This document shows, piece after piece, positions 39,025 to 53,340 of a stretch of 64,000 nucleotides of DNA (within the stretch, counting starts at the first letter, position 1; the number at the start of each line of letters is the position of its first letter). The notes below the pieces were generated by a model that saw nothing but the letters and a program-made list of their open reading frames with translations, searched no databases and was not told the origin of the DNA. Where the stretch lies: the NCBI RefSeq assembly GCF_004010195.1, contig NC_057719.1, positions 39,670,252-39,734,251 of the forward strand. The letters are read 5' to 3'. This DNA comes from Chiloscyllium plagiosum. Its lineage: Eukaryota. The position numbers and the translations under genes were made by a program.

Positions 39025-40630
39025 TTTAACAATGCCTGGTAGGTTTCTCCATCCCATTCTCCCATGTTCTCTCCGTTACCTTTGATCCCCATGACGATCA
39101 AGAACCTATCTATCTCAGTCTTAAATGCACTCTATGACCTGGCCTCCCCAGCCTTCTATGGCAATACATTCCATAGATTCACCACTCTCTGGTTGAAGAG
39201 GTTTCCCCTTAGCTCCATTCTACAAGGACTTCCCTTTACTCCAAGGCTGTGCCCTTGAGTCCTAGTCTCTCCTACCAATGGAAACATCTTTCCAACATCC
39301 ACTCTGTCCAGGAAATTCAATATTCTGTAATTAGATCCCCCCTCATCCTTCTAAACTCCATTGAGTAAAGACCCGGAGTCGTCAAACATTCCTCATATGT
39401 TAAGCTTTTCATTCCTGGGACCATTCTTGTGAACCTCCTCTGAACACAGTCCAGGGCCAGTACATCCTGACACATGGGGCCCAAAACTGGACATAATACT
39501 CCAAGTGTGGTCTGACCACAGCCTCAGAAGTACATCCCAGTTTTATATTCAAGTCCCCTCAAAATAAATGCCATTATTGCAATTGCATTCCTAACTACTA
39601 AGTCAACCAGTCTTGAGAGAATCCTGGACTAGAACTCCCAAGTCTCTTTTGCACTTCAGACTTCTGAATTTTCTCCTCATTTAGAAAATAATCCATGCCT
39701 CTATTCTTCCCACAAAAGCACATGACCTCACACTTTCTCACATTGTACTCCATCTGCCACTTTGTCCACTCCCCTGTCCAAATCCTTCTGCAGCCTCCCC
39801 GCCTCTTCAATGCTACCATCCCTCTACCTATCTTTGTATCATCTGCAAACCTGGCTAGAATGTCCTCAGTACCTTCACCTAGATCGTTAATGTATAAAAT
39901 GAAAAGTTGTGGTCCCAACACTGAGCCTTGTGGAGCACACTTGTCATCAGCTGCCATCCTTTTATCACCACTCTCTGCTTTCTGCCAGACAACGAGGCTT
40001 ATATCCATGTTAGCACCTTGCCTTTAAAACCATGGGCCCTTATCTTACTCAGCAGCCTCTTGACAAAGTCGAGATAGATAACATCCATTGGCTCTCCTTG
40101 ACCTAACATGCTCGTTACTTCCTCAGAGTTCTAGCAGATTTGTCAGACGTGACCCCCCCCCCCCCCCCCCCCCTTGATGAAACCATGCTGACTTTGCTCT
40201 ATTTTACCATACACTTCCAAGTATTCAGAAATCTCATCCTTCACAATGGATTCCAGTATCTTACATTTGTCTGAGGTTGGGCTAATCGGTCTGTAATTTT
40301 CCATCTTTTGCCTTTTTAAACAGGGATGTCACATTAGTGATTTTCTAGTCCTCTCGGACTCTCCTTGACTCTAGCGATTCCTGAAAGATCACCACTAGCG
40401 CTTCCATTATTTCTCCAGCTATCTCCCTTAGAACTCTGGGGTGTAGTATATGTGATTTATCCACTTTTAGACCACTCAGCTTTTCTAGCACCTTCTCCTT
40501 AGCTCTGTTCCCTCACTCTTTGAGTTTTTGGAATACTATTCATATCCTCCACTGTGAAGACTGACACAAAATAATTATTCAGTTTCTCAGCCGTTTCCTT
40601 GTTCCCCACTACCACCTCTCCAGTGTCGTT
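39025..40630 (-). mobile_element. CR1 LINE, RT through 3' end, decayed
   Basis: PQGSVLGPQLFILYINDLGEG...FADDTKIG...WQMEYNVRKCEV in ORF 39598; contains a C21 run at 40153-40173. Confidence 0.88.
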
Positions 40631-40639
40631 TTCCAGCAG

Positions 40640-41270
40640 TCCAATGTTACTGGGAAAATCTCGGCAGGATGTGCCAGCATCTATGAAGACAAAGTAGAGG
40701 TAATGATTCAGATCCAGTGACTTTTGTTCAGAACTGCTTTATAGGGTTATAGTGAGCTTGGTGATTATATATGCTGAAGGTAGGGTGGGGGAAGGAGTAA
40801 ACAGTAGGTGGAGGTGAAGCCCAAAGAGAAAACAGTAGGTGGAGCACTGCAGTAAACTTGAGACCTGGAAGAGCAGCATCTCATTTTCTGCTTGAGACTC
40901 TTGTAGCCTTCAGGACTCAATATTGATTTCATTAACTTTAGGGCCCCAAGTACATTTTCCCATGCCCTTACCCCAACTCCCACATTCCAGATCTGATCAT
41001 CACGGGTTGCTCCCACAAACAGCCACTAATTAGTCAGCCACTAATGGTCCCCATTTTAGCAGCTCTTGAATCTCCCAGGCTGTCCTTTACTCATTAACTT
41101 TGTATGTCCAACTGTTTTCTTCTCTTTCTCTGGGCTTCATCCCTTCCTATTGTTCAATCTCCCCACCCCCACCTCAATTTCAGGTCTGAACATTGGACCT
41201 AAAATGTTAACTGCTTTGTCACCACAGATGCTGCCAAACCTGCTGAGTTTTACTAGCAATTTGTGTTTGT
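40640..41270. mobile_element. Inverted Penelope-like remnant (family D)
   Basis: + arm encodes LEEQHLIFCLRLL*PSGLNIDF (about 40865-40930) and ends GGACCTAAAATGTTAAC...ATGCTGCCAAACCTGCTGAG. The left part is the reverse complement of this 3' end. Confidence 0.65.
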
Positions 41271-42296
41271 TTATACTTTCAAAGTTATTCATTTGTTCTC
41301 TAAAATTTTTGGATTATAAATCAAATCAAGTTTGTACATTTTTTCATTTGTAGAAGAGAGCTCTTTGAAAAATATGTATTCCAGATAAGGTGACAACAAG
41401 CGGTGATTAGATCTTCAGTTCATGTACTTAAATGTACTTCAATTCAACCTCATCTGTTATCTGACAATGGAGCTTTTCCTCAATACTGCACTGAAGTAAT
41501 CAGCCTGGATTATACAGTCAAGTTATGGTCTGGTGTTCAGAGGATATGGGCTGTATGCAACAGTTACTAGTGCCAGCTTCTTCTTATGCAGGAATGTAAT
41601 TCTTTGAATGTAATTGGTTTATTTAGAATATTGCTATTGTACTGATTTTTTTTTTAAAAAGCGTGTATATAGTAGCTATTCTTTGTAATTACCTACATTG
41701 GCCAATGTGCTTATTCTATATTGGTCATTTTCTTTCTTTTAAATGGGCTCTGTTTGTAGAATATGCTGACAGTGCACTTTGCTGAAAAGATTCACAAATG
41801 TAGCACAGTCTATTGCTTTATCATAGTTTCCATGCTGACAGCTGAGGTACTAAAAAATCCCGAATTGTTACAGTGCAGAGAAGCTCTTCAAGTGAGAATC
41901 ATTATCTAGTACCAATCTCCTGTTTCTCCCCTCAATATCCTTGCACACTATTTCTATCCAACTAATGCCTTTTTTAATGCCTCAATTGAATCTGCCTCCA
42001 CCACAATTCTGGGCAATACATTCCATATCCTAACGACTCACTGTCACTTTTTCTCCCATCACTTTAAATCTATGATCTCTTTTGTTTTACAAGCCAGAAC
42101 AGTTCCTTCCAATCTGCTCATGCTTTTGAAATTCTTAATCAAACATCTCCTTAAATAAAGAAAAGAACTACCGATAATGGAGTTCTGAAATGAGAATAGA
42201 AATTGCTGGTGGAACTCAGCAAGTCTGGCAGCATTTGTGGGGAGAAAGCAGAGTTAAGGTTTCTGGACTGTTCTTGTTATTCCTCCCAGCTGCCTT

Positions 42297-43810
42297 AGAG
42301 TCATAGAGTCACAGAGGTGTACTGTTGAGAACAGACCCTTCGGTCTAACTCGTCCATGCCATATCCTAACCTAATTAGATTATCTAAATTGTGGAAACAG
42401 GCCATTTAGCCCAGCAAGTCCACACCGACCCTCCGAAGAATAACCCACCCAAACCCATTTCCCTCTGTCTAATGCACCTAACACTGTGGGCAATTTACCA
42501 TGGCCAATTCACCTAACTTGCACATCTTTGGATTGTGGGAGGAATCCCACACAGATACGGGAAGAACGTGTAAACTCCACACAGATAGTCACCTGAGGTG
42601 GGAATCGAACCTGGGCCCCTTGCACTGTGAGGCAGCACTGCTAATCTAATCTACTTGCATTTGCCAGCACTTGGCCCAGATCCCTCTAAACCCTTCCTAT
42701 TCATATACCCACCCAGATACCTTTTAAATTGTACCAGCCTCCACCAATTCCTTTTGCAGCTCATTCCATACATGCACCACCCTCTGCATAGAAAGGTTGC
42801 GCCTTAGGTCTCTTTTATATCTTTCCATCTCAATGTGAACCTATGCCCTCTAGTTCGGGACTCCCTCACTGCAGGGAAAAGAACTTGTCTGTCTATCCTA
42901 TCCATGCCCCTCATGATTTTAAAAACCTCTATAAGGTCACCCCTCAGCCATTGATGCTCCAGGGAAAACAGCCCCAGCCTATTCAGCCTCTCTCAATAAC
43001 TCAAATCCTCCAATCCTGGCAACATCCTTGTAAATCTTTTCAAGTTCCACAACACCCTTCCAATAGGAAGTAAACCAGAATTGCATGCAATATTCCAAAA
43101 GTAGCCTAATCAATGTCCTGTACAGCTGCAACATGACTTCCTGTACTCAATACTCTGACCAATAAAAGAAAGCTACCAAACGCCTTCTTCACTATCCTAT
43201 CTACCCACGACTCTACTTTCAAGGAACTATGAACCTGTACTCCAAGGTCGCTTTGTTCAGCAACACTCCCTAGGACCTTACCATTAAGTGTATAAGTCCT
43301 GCTAAGATTTGCTTTTCCAAAACCTCACATTTATCTAAATTAAACTCCACCTGGCACTCCTCAGCCCATTGGCCCATCTGATCAAGATACCATTGTAATC
43401 TGAGGTCACCTTATTCTCTGTCCACTACACCTCCAATGTTGTTGTCATCTGCAAACTTACTAACTATACCTCCTATGTTCACATGCAAATCATTGCCCCT
43501 TCGGTCCCTTTTAAATCTTTCCCCCCTCATCATAAACTATGCCCTCTAATTCTGGATTTCCCCAGGGAAAAGACTTTGTCTATTTATCTTATCCATGCTG
43601 CTCATGATTTTATTAACTACTGTAAGGTCACCCCCCCCAGCCTCCGATATTCCAGGGAAAACAGCCCTAGCCTATTCAGCCTCTCCCTTTAGCTCAAACC
43701 CTCCAACCCTGGCAACATCCTTGTAAATCTTTTCTGAAACTTTTAAAATTTCACAACATCCTTCATATAGCAGGGAGACCAGAATTTCAAACACATTATT
43801 CCAAAAGTCT
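42297..43810 (-). mobile_element. CR1 LINE 3' part with a second overlapping CR1 segment (about 43495-43810) and a nested SINE
   Basis: (AGAGTCAT)n tail at 42297; GTCATCTGCAAACTT (KFADD on the minus strand) at about 43444; 43495-43810 repeats the content of about 42800-43100. Confidence 0.85.
42374..42645 (-). mobile_element. HE1-like SINE nested in CR1
   Basis: TGTGGAAACAGGCC...AAACTCCACACAG...CTGTGAGGCAGCACTGCTAA. Confidence 0.85.
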
Positions 43811-44964
43811 TGTATAGTTTTGTTTAGTTTTTTTTCTTACACTTATTTTGGTGAATCTTAAATATTCTTCAATTGATTTATAATTTGTTTAAAGGCAAAG
43901 TAGATTATTTACAAATGTAAGTTTACAACTATGGAAAATAGCCAACGTACATGGAACTCAAATATAGCCGATTCCAAAACTGCTGATTCTCTAAAGTCCA
44001 AGTGATGAAGCAGAATATATGAGACAAACTGAAGTTTATTATTTTAGATTTATGACCAGAATATCAACAATAAAGTGTATTTGTCCAGTTTGCTGGTATT
44101 TGGCTACTCAAGAGTCAAAAACATTGTAAAGAGTTCTATATTAATAATAATGTTAAAATTCGATTTTCAGCCTGTTACAAAACATAGAGTTATATTCTAC
44201 ACAAATAACACAGTAATGTATTTGGCACAATTTATATTCTGTGCTTGGTGAATCTTTAATTTGCCTGCAACTTCTAAAATTGCAGTACATTTTTAAAGGT
44301 CCTGCTTGTGCTGAATGCTCAGAAGTTACAAGTTGATAATTATACCAATTAATTGTCAAAATTAATGGTTGATAATTGTAAAAGAAATTATGGTTTCCTT
44401 GTTAATTTGTCAAAATTTATAATCTCTTGCTCATTCAAATAAACTCATAATACTGCTTATAATACATACATATTTGGTTACTTTGCTTTTGCCTTAGTTC
44501 ATAAGCAAAAAGGATTAAAGTTGGATTATTTATAAATAGCAAAACGTCTTGTAGTTTGTACTTTGCACCTTGTGGTATCATATCTTTTGTGCACTCTATA
44601 ATTGTTAAGCTTTACTTTATGTAATCGCATGACACCTTACCTATAAATGGTAAATGACTTATTCAAATGTTGTCAAGCCCAAAATGCTTAGTTTACAAAA
44701 GAACTGTCATTGCCAGAAGTTCACCTTGTTTGGCAAGGTTAACATTTTATTTTACAATCCTTTTCTAAGCAAACAGTAATTAAGATTCTAAGAATGTAGT
44801 ATCCTGGCTAGCTGTCAAGATAGCCTAAAATTTAGAAACCCATGTATCAGATGTTTATCTGAAACTTCCTTCCAAATTGCACCTTGCTGCTAAAAATTAT
44901 AATTTCTATACTTTATCTGGAAAGTTTACTTATCCACACTTTATGACTATCATCAAAACTTCTT

Positions 44965-45620
44965 GTTTATTCACTCATGGGATGTGGGTATGACTGTCAA
45001 GGCCTACAATTATTGCTTGTTTTTGATTAGCTTGAGAATGTGGTGGAAAACTGCCTTAAGTCACTGCAGTCTTCATAGTGCTGTCATGTAGTGAGTTTCA
45101 GGATTTGGATCTAGCTACAAAGAAAGAAGAATGATATATTTCCTAGCTAGGCTGCTCTGCAACTTAGTTCCCATACATGTCTTACTCTTGCCTTTCCGGG
45201 CTATAAAGCTGATGGGTTTGAGAAGTACAATTGAAGAAGCCTGAATGAGTTGTTGCAATGCATCCTGGGTGGTACACACTGCAGTGTACAGCGTGCCATT
45301 GGTGAAGGGACTGAGTATACAAAGTGGTGAATGGTGCGCTGATCAACCAGGCTGCTTTGCCCTGAATTCTTGCTGATGATTGTCATTGCAATTGTTAAAA
45401 TGCAAATGTTACTTCCCCATATAATTATGATGTTTATGTCTCACTGGAAATCGCTTCATTATCTGAAGGGTTGCAAATGGAACTAAAAGTCATGCAATTA
45501 TCAGCAAACATTCCCACTTCTGGTCTTATGATGGAGGGAAGATCATTTAGGAAGCAGCTAAAGGTATTTGGTACAGGACAATATCCTCAGGAGCTTCTTC
45601 AGTGATGTCCTGGGACTGAG
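44965..45620 (-). mobile_element. Old L2/CR1-group LINE fragment
   Basis: 3' tail TATTCACTCATGGGATGTGGG; CCCACTTCTGGTCTTATGATGGAGGGAAGATCATT, shared with about 51490-51545. Confidence 0.55.
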
Positions 45621-46369
45621 ACGCTTGGTTTGCTACTTCCTACCTCTATAATCCACTTGGAACCTCTCAGGTTTTTGATATGTTTGCACTTCTCTTAATC
45701 TGGTTTCCTGGTTTTAATCAATCCTCCATTGGTGACCATGTCTTTATTGTCTCGACACTATGCTGTGGAATACCACCTCCTATGTCTATCTACTTTGTTA
45801 TATCGTAGTCCTCCTTTAAAGTGCTGATTAATATCTCTTTGACCAATCTTTAGTCATTCATCTAACATTTATTTTGTGACTCAATGTTACATTTTGTTTT
45901 ATAATACCCATGTGAAACATCTTGGGATGTTTTAATAGATTAAAGGTGCAATGTAAATATATATTCAGTGTGCTCAGTCATTTCTTTACGTTAGGCAGAA
46001 TGAATTTAATTGACTAAAGAAGAATCAACCATTTGGCACTTTTGGATGAAGATGATTGCCTTGTCTTTTGAAAAATTGTGAAGATCTAACTTGTTTCCAC
46101 AGGAACCATGCAGTGGTCACTCTTCCCAATACTGTAATGGATAGATCCACTTTCAGCAAGTAACTTGTTGAGGATAAGGTCTCCCTTGCAATGGTTCTTT
46201 CACCACGTATTTCAGGGTCAGTTTACCTCCTATGCTTCAGGACTCTGATAGTAATGGTGCTGTCAACCCACTCGTGTTGATAGATACTGGAGTTCCCCAA
46301 CCAAAGGTTGTTTGTAAAGCTCAGTGTTACTTTCAGGTATTCAGCATGGAAGAGTAACAAGGTGGATGA

Positions 46370-46990
46370 AGCAGAAAAGATGAATGTTGCCTATTTGTAA
46401 TTTAAGAAAGACTTCAAGAAAGTACCACATTAAAAGGCAGGGTAACAAAGTTAATGCTAAAACAAAACCAGAATCGGAGGACGTGTCGATTTGCATTAAG
46501 GATTGGACTTAAGCACAGAAAGCATTGCATCGTGTTAAATAGTTGATTTTAAGACTGGAAGATAATACACTCTGGTGTTCCCCAAGGGTCAGTGCTGGGA
46601 CTATTGCTTTTTTTCAAATGACTGATCATATAAATATTTGCAAGCAAAGTAAAATTTTATATTTGCTGACTATTCCAATTCTGGAGATGTGGCTGACAGT
46701 GAGGGTGATACCGATCAATTGCAACAATACATAGATATGCTAGTACAATCAGCAGACAAGTAGCAGATGGAATGTAATAGAGATGTTTGATGTAATGCAT
46801 TTGGCAGAATGAATACACAGAACCAATATAGACTAAAAGACATAGTTTTAAAAGTGTAGGAACCAATGGACCTTGGTGGTTCATACACATTAATCTTTGG
46901 TCGCAGGATCTATTGAGAGAGTAGTTAGCAAAGCGTATGGGGCTTCATAGATAGAGGTATTAACTACAAAAGCAGGTCAGTTATTCTAAA
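46370..46990 (+). mobile_element. Old CR1 RT fragment
   Basis: GGTGTTCCCCAAGGGTCAGTGCTGGGA (GVPQGSVLG), TTTGCTGAC, GCAGATGGAAT. Confidence 0.65.
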
Positions 46991-47382
46991 ATAAGAACAG
47001 AAAATCTGGAAATACTCAATAAGTCCCTTGGTACCAGTGGAGAGAAACAGTTAGAATTTGAGCTTATGATGACGCTTTAGCATTCTACTTCTGTTGCTTT
47101 ATACAGACATAGACAGTTCAGTGATTGCACAGCCAACATTTTAGATCAAAGCTTTGAAGTAAAAATGCATCCATAGCTTTGCCTAACTCATGAATGCAAC
47201 TCATTGAGGTTTCTTCAATAGTACCTTCCAAATTCATGACCTCACCCTTTTAACTTAGAACTATATATTTGACACCTCACTAAAATGGATTAGTCATAGA
47301 ACTCTCCTCTTAACAACACTGTGGGTGTACCTGATTGTCCCCTCCCAACTCCCAGCCATGCACTGCAACTCACTCTTTTTTA

Positions 47383-47693
47383 TTAGATTAGATTTTCTAC
47401 AGTGTGGAAACAAGCCCTTCGGCCCAACAAGTCCACACTGACCCTCCAAAGAGTCGGAGACCCGTTTCCCTCTGATTAATGCACCTAGCACTATGGACAA
47501 TTTTAGCATAGCCAATTCACCTGGCCTGCACATCTTTGAATTGTGAGAGGAAACCAGAGCAGCCCAAGGAAACCCACGCAGACACAGGGAGAAGGTGCAA
47601 ACTCCACATAGGCAACCGCCCAAGGCTGGAATCAAACCTGGGACCCTGGTGCTGTGAGGCAGCAGTGCTAACCACTGAGCCACTGTGCCGCCC
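47383..47693 (-). mobile_element. Full-length HE1-like SINE inserted in an L2/CR1-group LINE tail
   Basis: Head GGGCGGCACAGTGGCTCAGTGGTTAGCACTGCTGCCTCACAG and TAATC tail; LINE tail continues at about 47694-47770. Confidence 0.88.
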
Positions 47694-48529
47694 CCATTCT
47701 CAAGGGTAATTGGAGATGGGGGAATAAATGCTAGCCTAACCAGCGAGGCCCACATTCCATGAATAGATGAAAAAGATGTGGCTTGCAATGCATTTATAAT
47801 CATCTTTCTTTTATTAAGGTGCTGTGTTGGTTTGAAGCATAGATTTCAAAATAGTATTAAGGTTTTTTTTAATCAGTACTTCAAAAGCTAGCATAACAGG
47901 GGAATAAGTCACCTTGTAGTTAATAATTATTTGTATTTATATGTATGGCTAAAAGCTTGTGATGCTTTTTATCTTGAATAAGAGAATGTAAAATTTACCA
48001 CAAGGTGACAGCCAATTCAGTTATTTCCTCTCAGCCTCGAGCAATTTATCAAATGAAGGGACATGATAGTGACGTGACATGTTGAAGTAATGTTGTACAT
48101 ATCATTGTGCTAAGATTATGTGTAATACAACTTCTGTAAAGTGTGTAGTCCCAATGAATTTCCTGATGATTGACTTATCCAAGTACATCCCAAAATATTT
48201 GGTGAGAATTTCCACAGAGGCTTCCCAAATCTACCAAGATTGGTCAATATCCTGAAGAAAAGGCCTGAACAGACAAGATTTGTGTGAAACTCTTGAGGTA
48301 TGCATCAAGAAGCGAGGGGAGAGAAATAGATTATGTTGTAAGGTGGTAACTGGTGTCGATAGATACTGAGTACAGGAAGATCCAGGTAACAGAGGCAGAG
48401 AGAAACTAGGCACCAAGAAAATGTGAAAATATGCAATAAGGTCAACAATAAAATGAATGAAAGGTAAAACTTTGGAATTATGAAATCAACCAGACATTGT
48501 AAAGACAGTAGGGAAACTGAATCTAAGGA

Positions 48530-48678
48530 TTAAAATTTACACAACACCAGGTTTATTTGGAAGCACTAGCTTTCGGAGTGCTGCTCCTTCATCAAATAAA
48601 CCTGTTGGGCTATAACCTGGTGTCATGTGAATTTTAACTTTGTACATCCTAAACCAACATCGGCATCTCCAAATCATG
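48530..48678. mobile_element. Inverted Penelope-like remnant (family B) with hammerhead core
   Basis: Minus strand TGATGA-A-GGAG-CAGCA-CTCC-GAAA-GCTA-GTGC (48563-48594). Arms CACCAGGTTTATTTG versus CAAATAAACCTG...CCTGGTG. Confidence 0.7.
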
Positions 48679-49819
48679 AGTCATAAGAGTAAGTGTTTGA
48701 AGGTTATCTAAAACATAAGTGATCACTGAAAATGTTAATGTTCACAACATACTGGGTAAGTGAAGAGATAGGTGAATGTTGGGAGGTAGCTCTATGTTTT
48801 AGGGACAGCTGCCAGGTTAAAGTCTAAAAAATTAGCTGCTTCACAATGTTTTAGCCATTTCTTCTAGATCTCTTTATCCTGCAGTTCACTTATGTTTTGT
48901 TCTAGCAAATGGTGTATTTATTGAAAACTGATAACTAAGTTAACTAAACCATCTTTAATGATTTTTAACTGCAAAGACTTAAAGCTTGTCAATAAAAAGA
49001 ACAAGTGTCTTTAAGGCAATGTGGCTACAAATGACATTCAGCAAGGGACATGTAAAGTGCTTGATATCTACTTTCAGATAATAGGTTTTGTAATAATTGA
49101 AATATCATTTTAATATATAGCTCAGCCATTTCTGAACAGGCTTTGAGGTTTTAATGAGTAAGGGTAACAATGCAGACTATATGTTCTCATAAACCTGACA
49201 ATACCTGTCTCACCATTGTCATTGATATTAATTACATTGATCGTTAAGGTCAACTAGGTAAAAAGCAAGGTTCTCTTACTATTATATTGAGTCACAATGC
49301 TTCAGTATGCAAGAACAGGTGCATGCTATTCTGGAAATGCAGGCTATGTAATGTCAATTCTTGATGGAGTACTTGTCATTTTGTGTTAAGATTTAAGAGT
49401 AATGTCTGTTTTATAGTTTATTAATCTCTTAAAATAGACCTACATACAATTTTGCAACTACCCTTGTCATAAGTTGCACATATTCTAAAGTCACATGATT
49501 AAAGATTATCATCTAATTAGAATAAACATTGATAAATGTTGAACTTTAGATTTTACTGCCATTGTAAAACTACAAGGTATGCAACATATTGTTCTCCTTG
49601 TGCACGTAAATGTGTGGTATTCAGTATCAGTTGCCTTATTGTGTAAACTGGCTAAGATTTCATAATACTGTTTCTTGGTGACCTGTACTAAGTGATCAGC
49701 AGTAGATTTTATGGTAAGATTTTGATGGAGGGTAAGCCAACAAGATTGCTTAAGAACCAAAATGAGCAGCTTCCTCTGAATCGGAATTTGGTTGAGAGTC
49801 TTTGTGTTCCATATTAAAA

Positions 49820-50290
49820 ACTTAGACATGGGTATATAGGACACTATTTCAAAATTTGCAGATGTCACAAAATTTACACTTATTGTAAACTATGAGGAAG
49901 ATGGTGATAGAATTAAAGCATACTTATTCAGACTGGTGAAATGGATAGACACATAGCAGATGAAATTTAATGCAAAAAAGCATTACTTGAGTGATACAGA
50001 GATGTGATATATATTGGAAGGCAGAATGTGGAGAGACAATATAAACTAAAGGGTATAATCATAGAGAGGGCACAGGGACAGAGGGACCTGAGGTTATCAG
50101 AGCACAATCACTAAAGGTGGCAGAACAGGCTGAGGATATGTTTGAAAAGACATACAGGATTCTGGGCTTTATCACTGAACAATGAGTACGAAAGCACTAA
50201 CGTTTTGATGAGTCTTTATAAAACATTGGTTCCATCTCAACTGGAGAATTATGTCCAGTTCTGGGCATTAAAATTTAGGAAAATTCTTAA
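49820..50290 (+). mobile_element. Old CR1 fragment
   Basis: AAATTTGCAGATGTCACAAAA (KFADVTK), AGAGGGACCTG, GTCCAGTTCTGG. Confidence 0.65.
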
Positions 50291-50609
50291 AAATCCAAAT
50301 GTATAAAATGAAAGTTAAGAAACATGGATTCCTCATTCTCATGGAATAAAATCTTTGTAAACATGCGTGAAGAGCTTAACTTTGAATAACAAACTATTTA
50401 CAAAGGACATATGTGATTGAGGGTTGACCTCTTGATTTCTCAATAGCCAGGCAGCAGGGTTCATTTGATGGAGCTCCTTTTACTAACTTCTCATAATCAT
50501 ATGAATCAGACTATCTTGTCTCCCAAACATGAAGGAAGTTTTGTTCTCCTTGTAATCTTTTAGACACAGGGAAGCTCTCCAGGTGGTGCAGCATAGGTTT
50601 CCAATGTTT

Positions 50610-51560
50610 TAATTCATTGACAGAATGTGGGCATCACTGGTTAGGCCAGTCTTTATTTTTCATTACTCATTGACCTTGACAAGATGGTGATGAGTTGTCT
50701 TCTTGAACTACTGCAGTCCTTGTATGGTCGCAATATTCACAATGCTGTTAGGGCGGGATCTTCAGGATTATGAAGGAACATTGATATTGTTCAAGGCAGA
50801 ATGGTGTGTGGTTTGGAGGAAAACTTGCAGGTGGTGGTGTTCACATCTAATTGCTGTCTCTGTCCTTCTATGCAGCAGTGGTTATGGACTTTGAAGTTGC
50901 TGTCTATGGAGGATTGTTGAGTTTCTGTAGTGCATTTTGTAGATGGTACATGCTGCTGCTCATGTACGTCAGTGCTGGAAGAAGTAAATGTTGAAAGTGT
51001 TAGATGGGGTGCCATTCAAGTGGGCAACTTTGTCCTAGTTGGTGTTGAGCTTCAAGAGTGTTTTGTGGCACACTCTATTCAGGAATGTGGGAAGTATTCC
51101 ATCAAACTCTTGATTTGTGCACTGTAGATGTGGACTGGTATTGGGGAGTCAGGAGGTGAGTTGCTTGGTGAAGTGTTCCAGGCTCTGACTATTCTTATAG
51201 CCACAGTATTTATATGGCAGGTCCAGTTCTATTTCCCATGCGTGGTAACCACTGAACGTTAATACTGGGAGTTTCAGCCATGGTACTGCCACTGAATGCC
51301 AAGAGGCAATAATTAGTTTCTTTCAGTTTGCAGACTGTCATGGCCTGGCAATTGTGTGGTATTACAGTTACTTGTCACTTATCAGCTCAAGCCTGACACT
51401 CGTCAAAGGTTTGCTACATTTGGACATGAATGTCTTCAGTGTTTGAGGAGTGGCAAATGCTGCTGAACATTATGAAACCGTCATCAAGCATCCACACTTC
51501 TGACTTTAGGATAGAGGGAGAGTCATTGGTGAACCAGCTGAAGATGTCTGAGATGAGGAC
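50610..51560 (-). mobile_element. L2/CR1-group LINE 3' ~1 kb, decayed
   Basis: Tail ATTCATTGACAGAATGTGGGCATCACTGGTTAGGCCAG; the body is the reverse complement of fragments at 1-590 and 2190-2590. Confidence 0.65.
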
Positions 51561-51589
51561 ATGACCTAGTTCTGCACTGAGCCACAAGA

Positions 51590-53340
51590 GAAGACATCCT
51601 TTTCAAATCCACCTTATCAAGACTATTCAGGATCCTGTACACTTCAATCAAATCTCCTTTCACTTTTCTAAACACCAGATGAAACATGTCCAGCCGAGCC
51701 TATCCTTAGACAACCCACTAACTTCAGTCATCAGTCTACTAAACCTTCTTTTAGCTACCTCCAGTGCATTGACTTCCTACCAAAAATAAGGAAACCAAAA
51801 TTTCACATAGTTTCAAGAAGCTTAACATCCTTACTCTTTTATTTTGTTACAAAAGGATTAGCCTTCTTGACTACATACTGTTTACAAACTTTTGGTGACT
51901 CATGCACTAGAACATCAAACTCTGTCTGCACCTTGGAATTCCACAGTCATTCTCAATAATGCACTGTTTTTTCTATTTTTCCTGCGAAAGCGAGCAACTT
52001 CTCACTTTCCCATATTATACTCCATCTGCTAGATTTTTGCCTATTCATCAATCTATTTATATCTGTCCACAATCTCTTTATGTCATTGTCAAAGCATACT
52101 TACCTAATGTTCTTGTAATCTGTGAATTTAGCTACCATGTCCTCATTCCACCTATCTAAGTCATTGATTTAAATTGCAAAGAGATGAGGCCCCTGCCCTG
52201 TGGGATTTCACTTGCCACATCCTGTCAACCAGACAAATTCCAGTTATGCATTCTCTCTGTCTTCTGCCAGCTAGCCAATCTTCTATTCATGCTAATATTT
52301 TACTACTTGTACTTAAGCTTTTATTTTACATAATAACCTTATCGAATTTCCTTTGGAAATCTTTCAAAAAAGTCCAATAAATTGGTTAAACATGATACCT
52401 CTTTGACAAAAGTATGCTAACTCTTCCTGATTACTTGAGTTTTTCTAAGTGTGGAACTACAATCTTTTCAATAATTGATTAAAAATTGACCTGCCCCAAG
52501 ACAAGCCAGTTAGGCAATAAGTTTCCTGTTTTTCTGCCTATTTGCCTTGAATCCAGGAACTATATTTGTTATTTTTCAGTTTGAAAGAACATTTCCTGAA
52601 TCAATGAAATATTGAAAAATTAACATTGATTCATGTTCAACTCATTAACCACCTCTTTTAAGACTCTGGAAAGAAGTCTGTTTGGATCCAAAGACCTGTC
52701 AGCTCACAGTTCGACCAGTTTGCTTAGTACCAATTTACTTATGACAGTACTTTCTCAAACTTCATTAACTTCATTCATTTCATTAACTTTCCTTGCACCT
52801 CCTGATTTACAACTATAACCAAAATTTTTTTGTATTCCCTATAATAAAGACAGAAAATAAATCCTTTTTCATTTTATCTGCCATTTCCTTACTATCTACT
52901 ATTACTCCCCGTTCTCACTCTCAGGAGGATCAACTCTCACCTTAATCTTTTCATTTTAATTACATATAAAAACACTTGGTATTCATTTTCACAGTCATAC
53001 CTAGCTCCAGCTCATTTTCTACTTTCTTTCTTCTGATTAACATTTTAGTTATTCTCTGCTATTCTTTATATTCTGACCAATCATGTGATCTGCCATTCAC
53101 TTTTGCTTTTTCTTTAAGTTTGTTGCTTTCCCTAACTTCTTCAGTTCCCCACAAATAGTGAGTCTTCCCTTTAGAATTTTTCTTTATTGTAGGAATATAC
53201 TTATTCTGAGTCTTCTGAAATATCCCCTTACATGTCTGTCACTGCATCTTTGCAGATCTATCCCCTAGTCCTAGTATACTGGATCATTTTAGTAAACTCT
53301 GCTTTCAAGCACACTTATTATTTAGATGTAAAATATTAAG
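51590..53340 (-). mobile_element. Highly decayed CR1 LINE
   Basis: Colinear similarity to 39300-40630 (ACACTTCAATCAAATCTCC, CCCATATTATACTCCATCTG, CCTTTGGAAATC, TCTGCCATTTCCTT). Confidence 0.55.

Noticed and set aside
40153..40173. C21 homopolymer (potential G-quadruplex on the minus strand)
   Set aside because: An expansion inside a decayed CR1; homopolymer length is error-prone and there is no sign of function.
47294..47803. Longest ORF in the track (169 aa, minus)
   Set aside because: Read-through of an HE1-like SINE and flanking LINE tail; the same pseudo-peptide recurs at 27175-27384.
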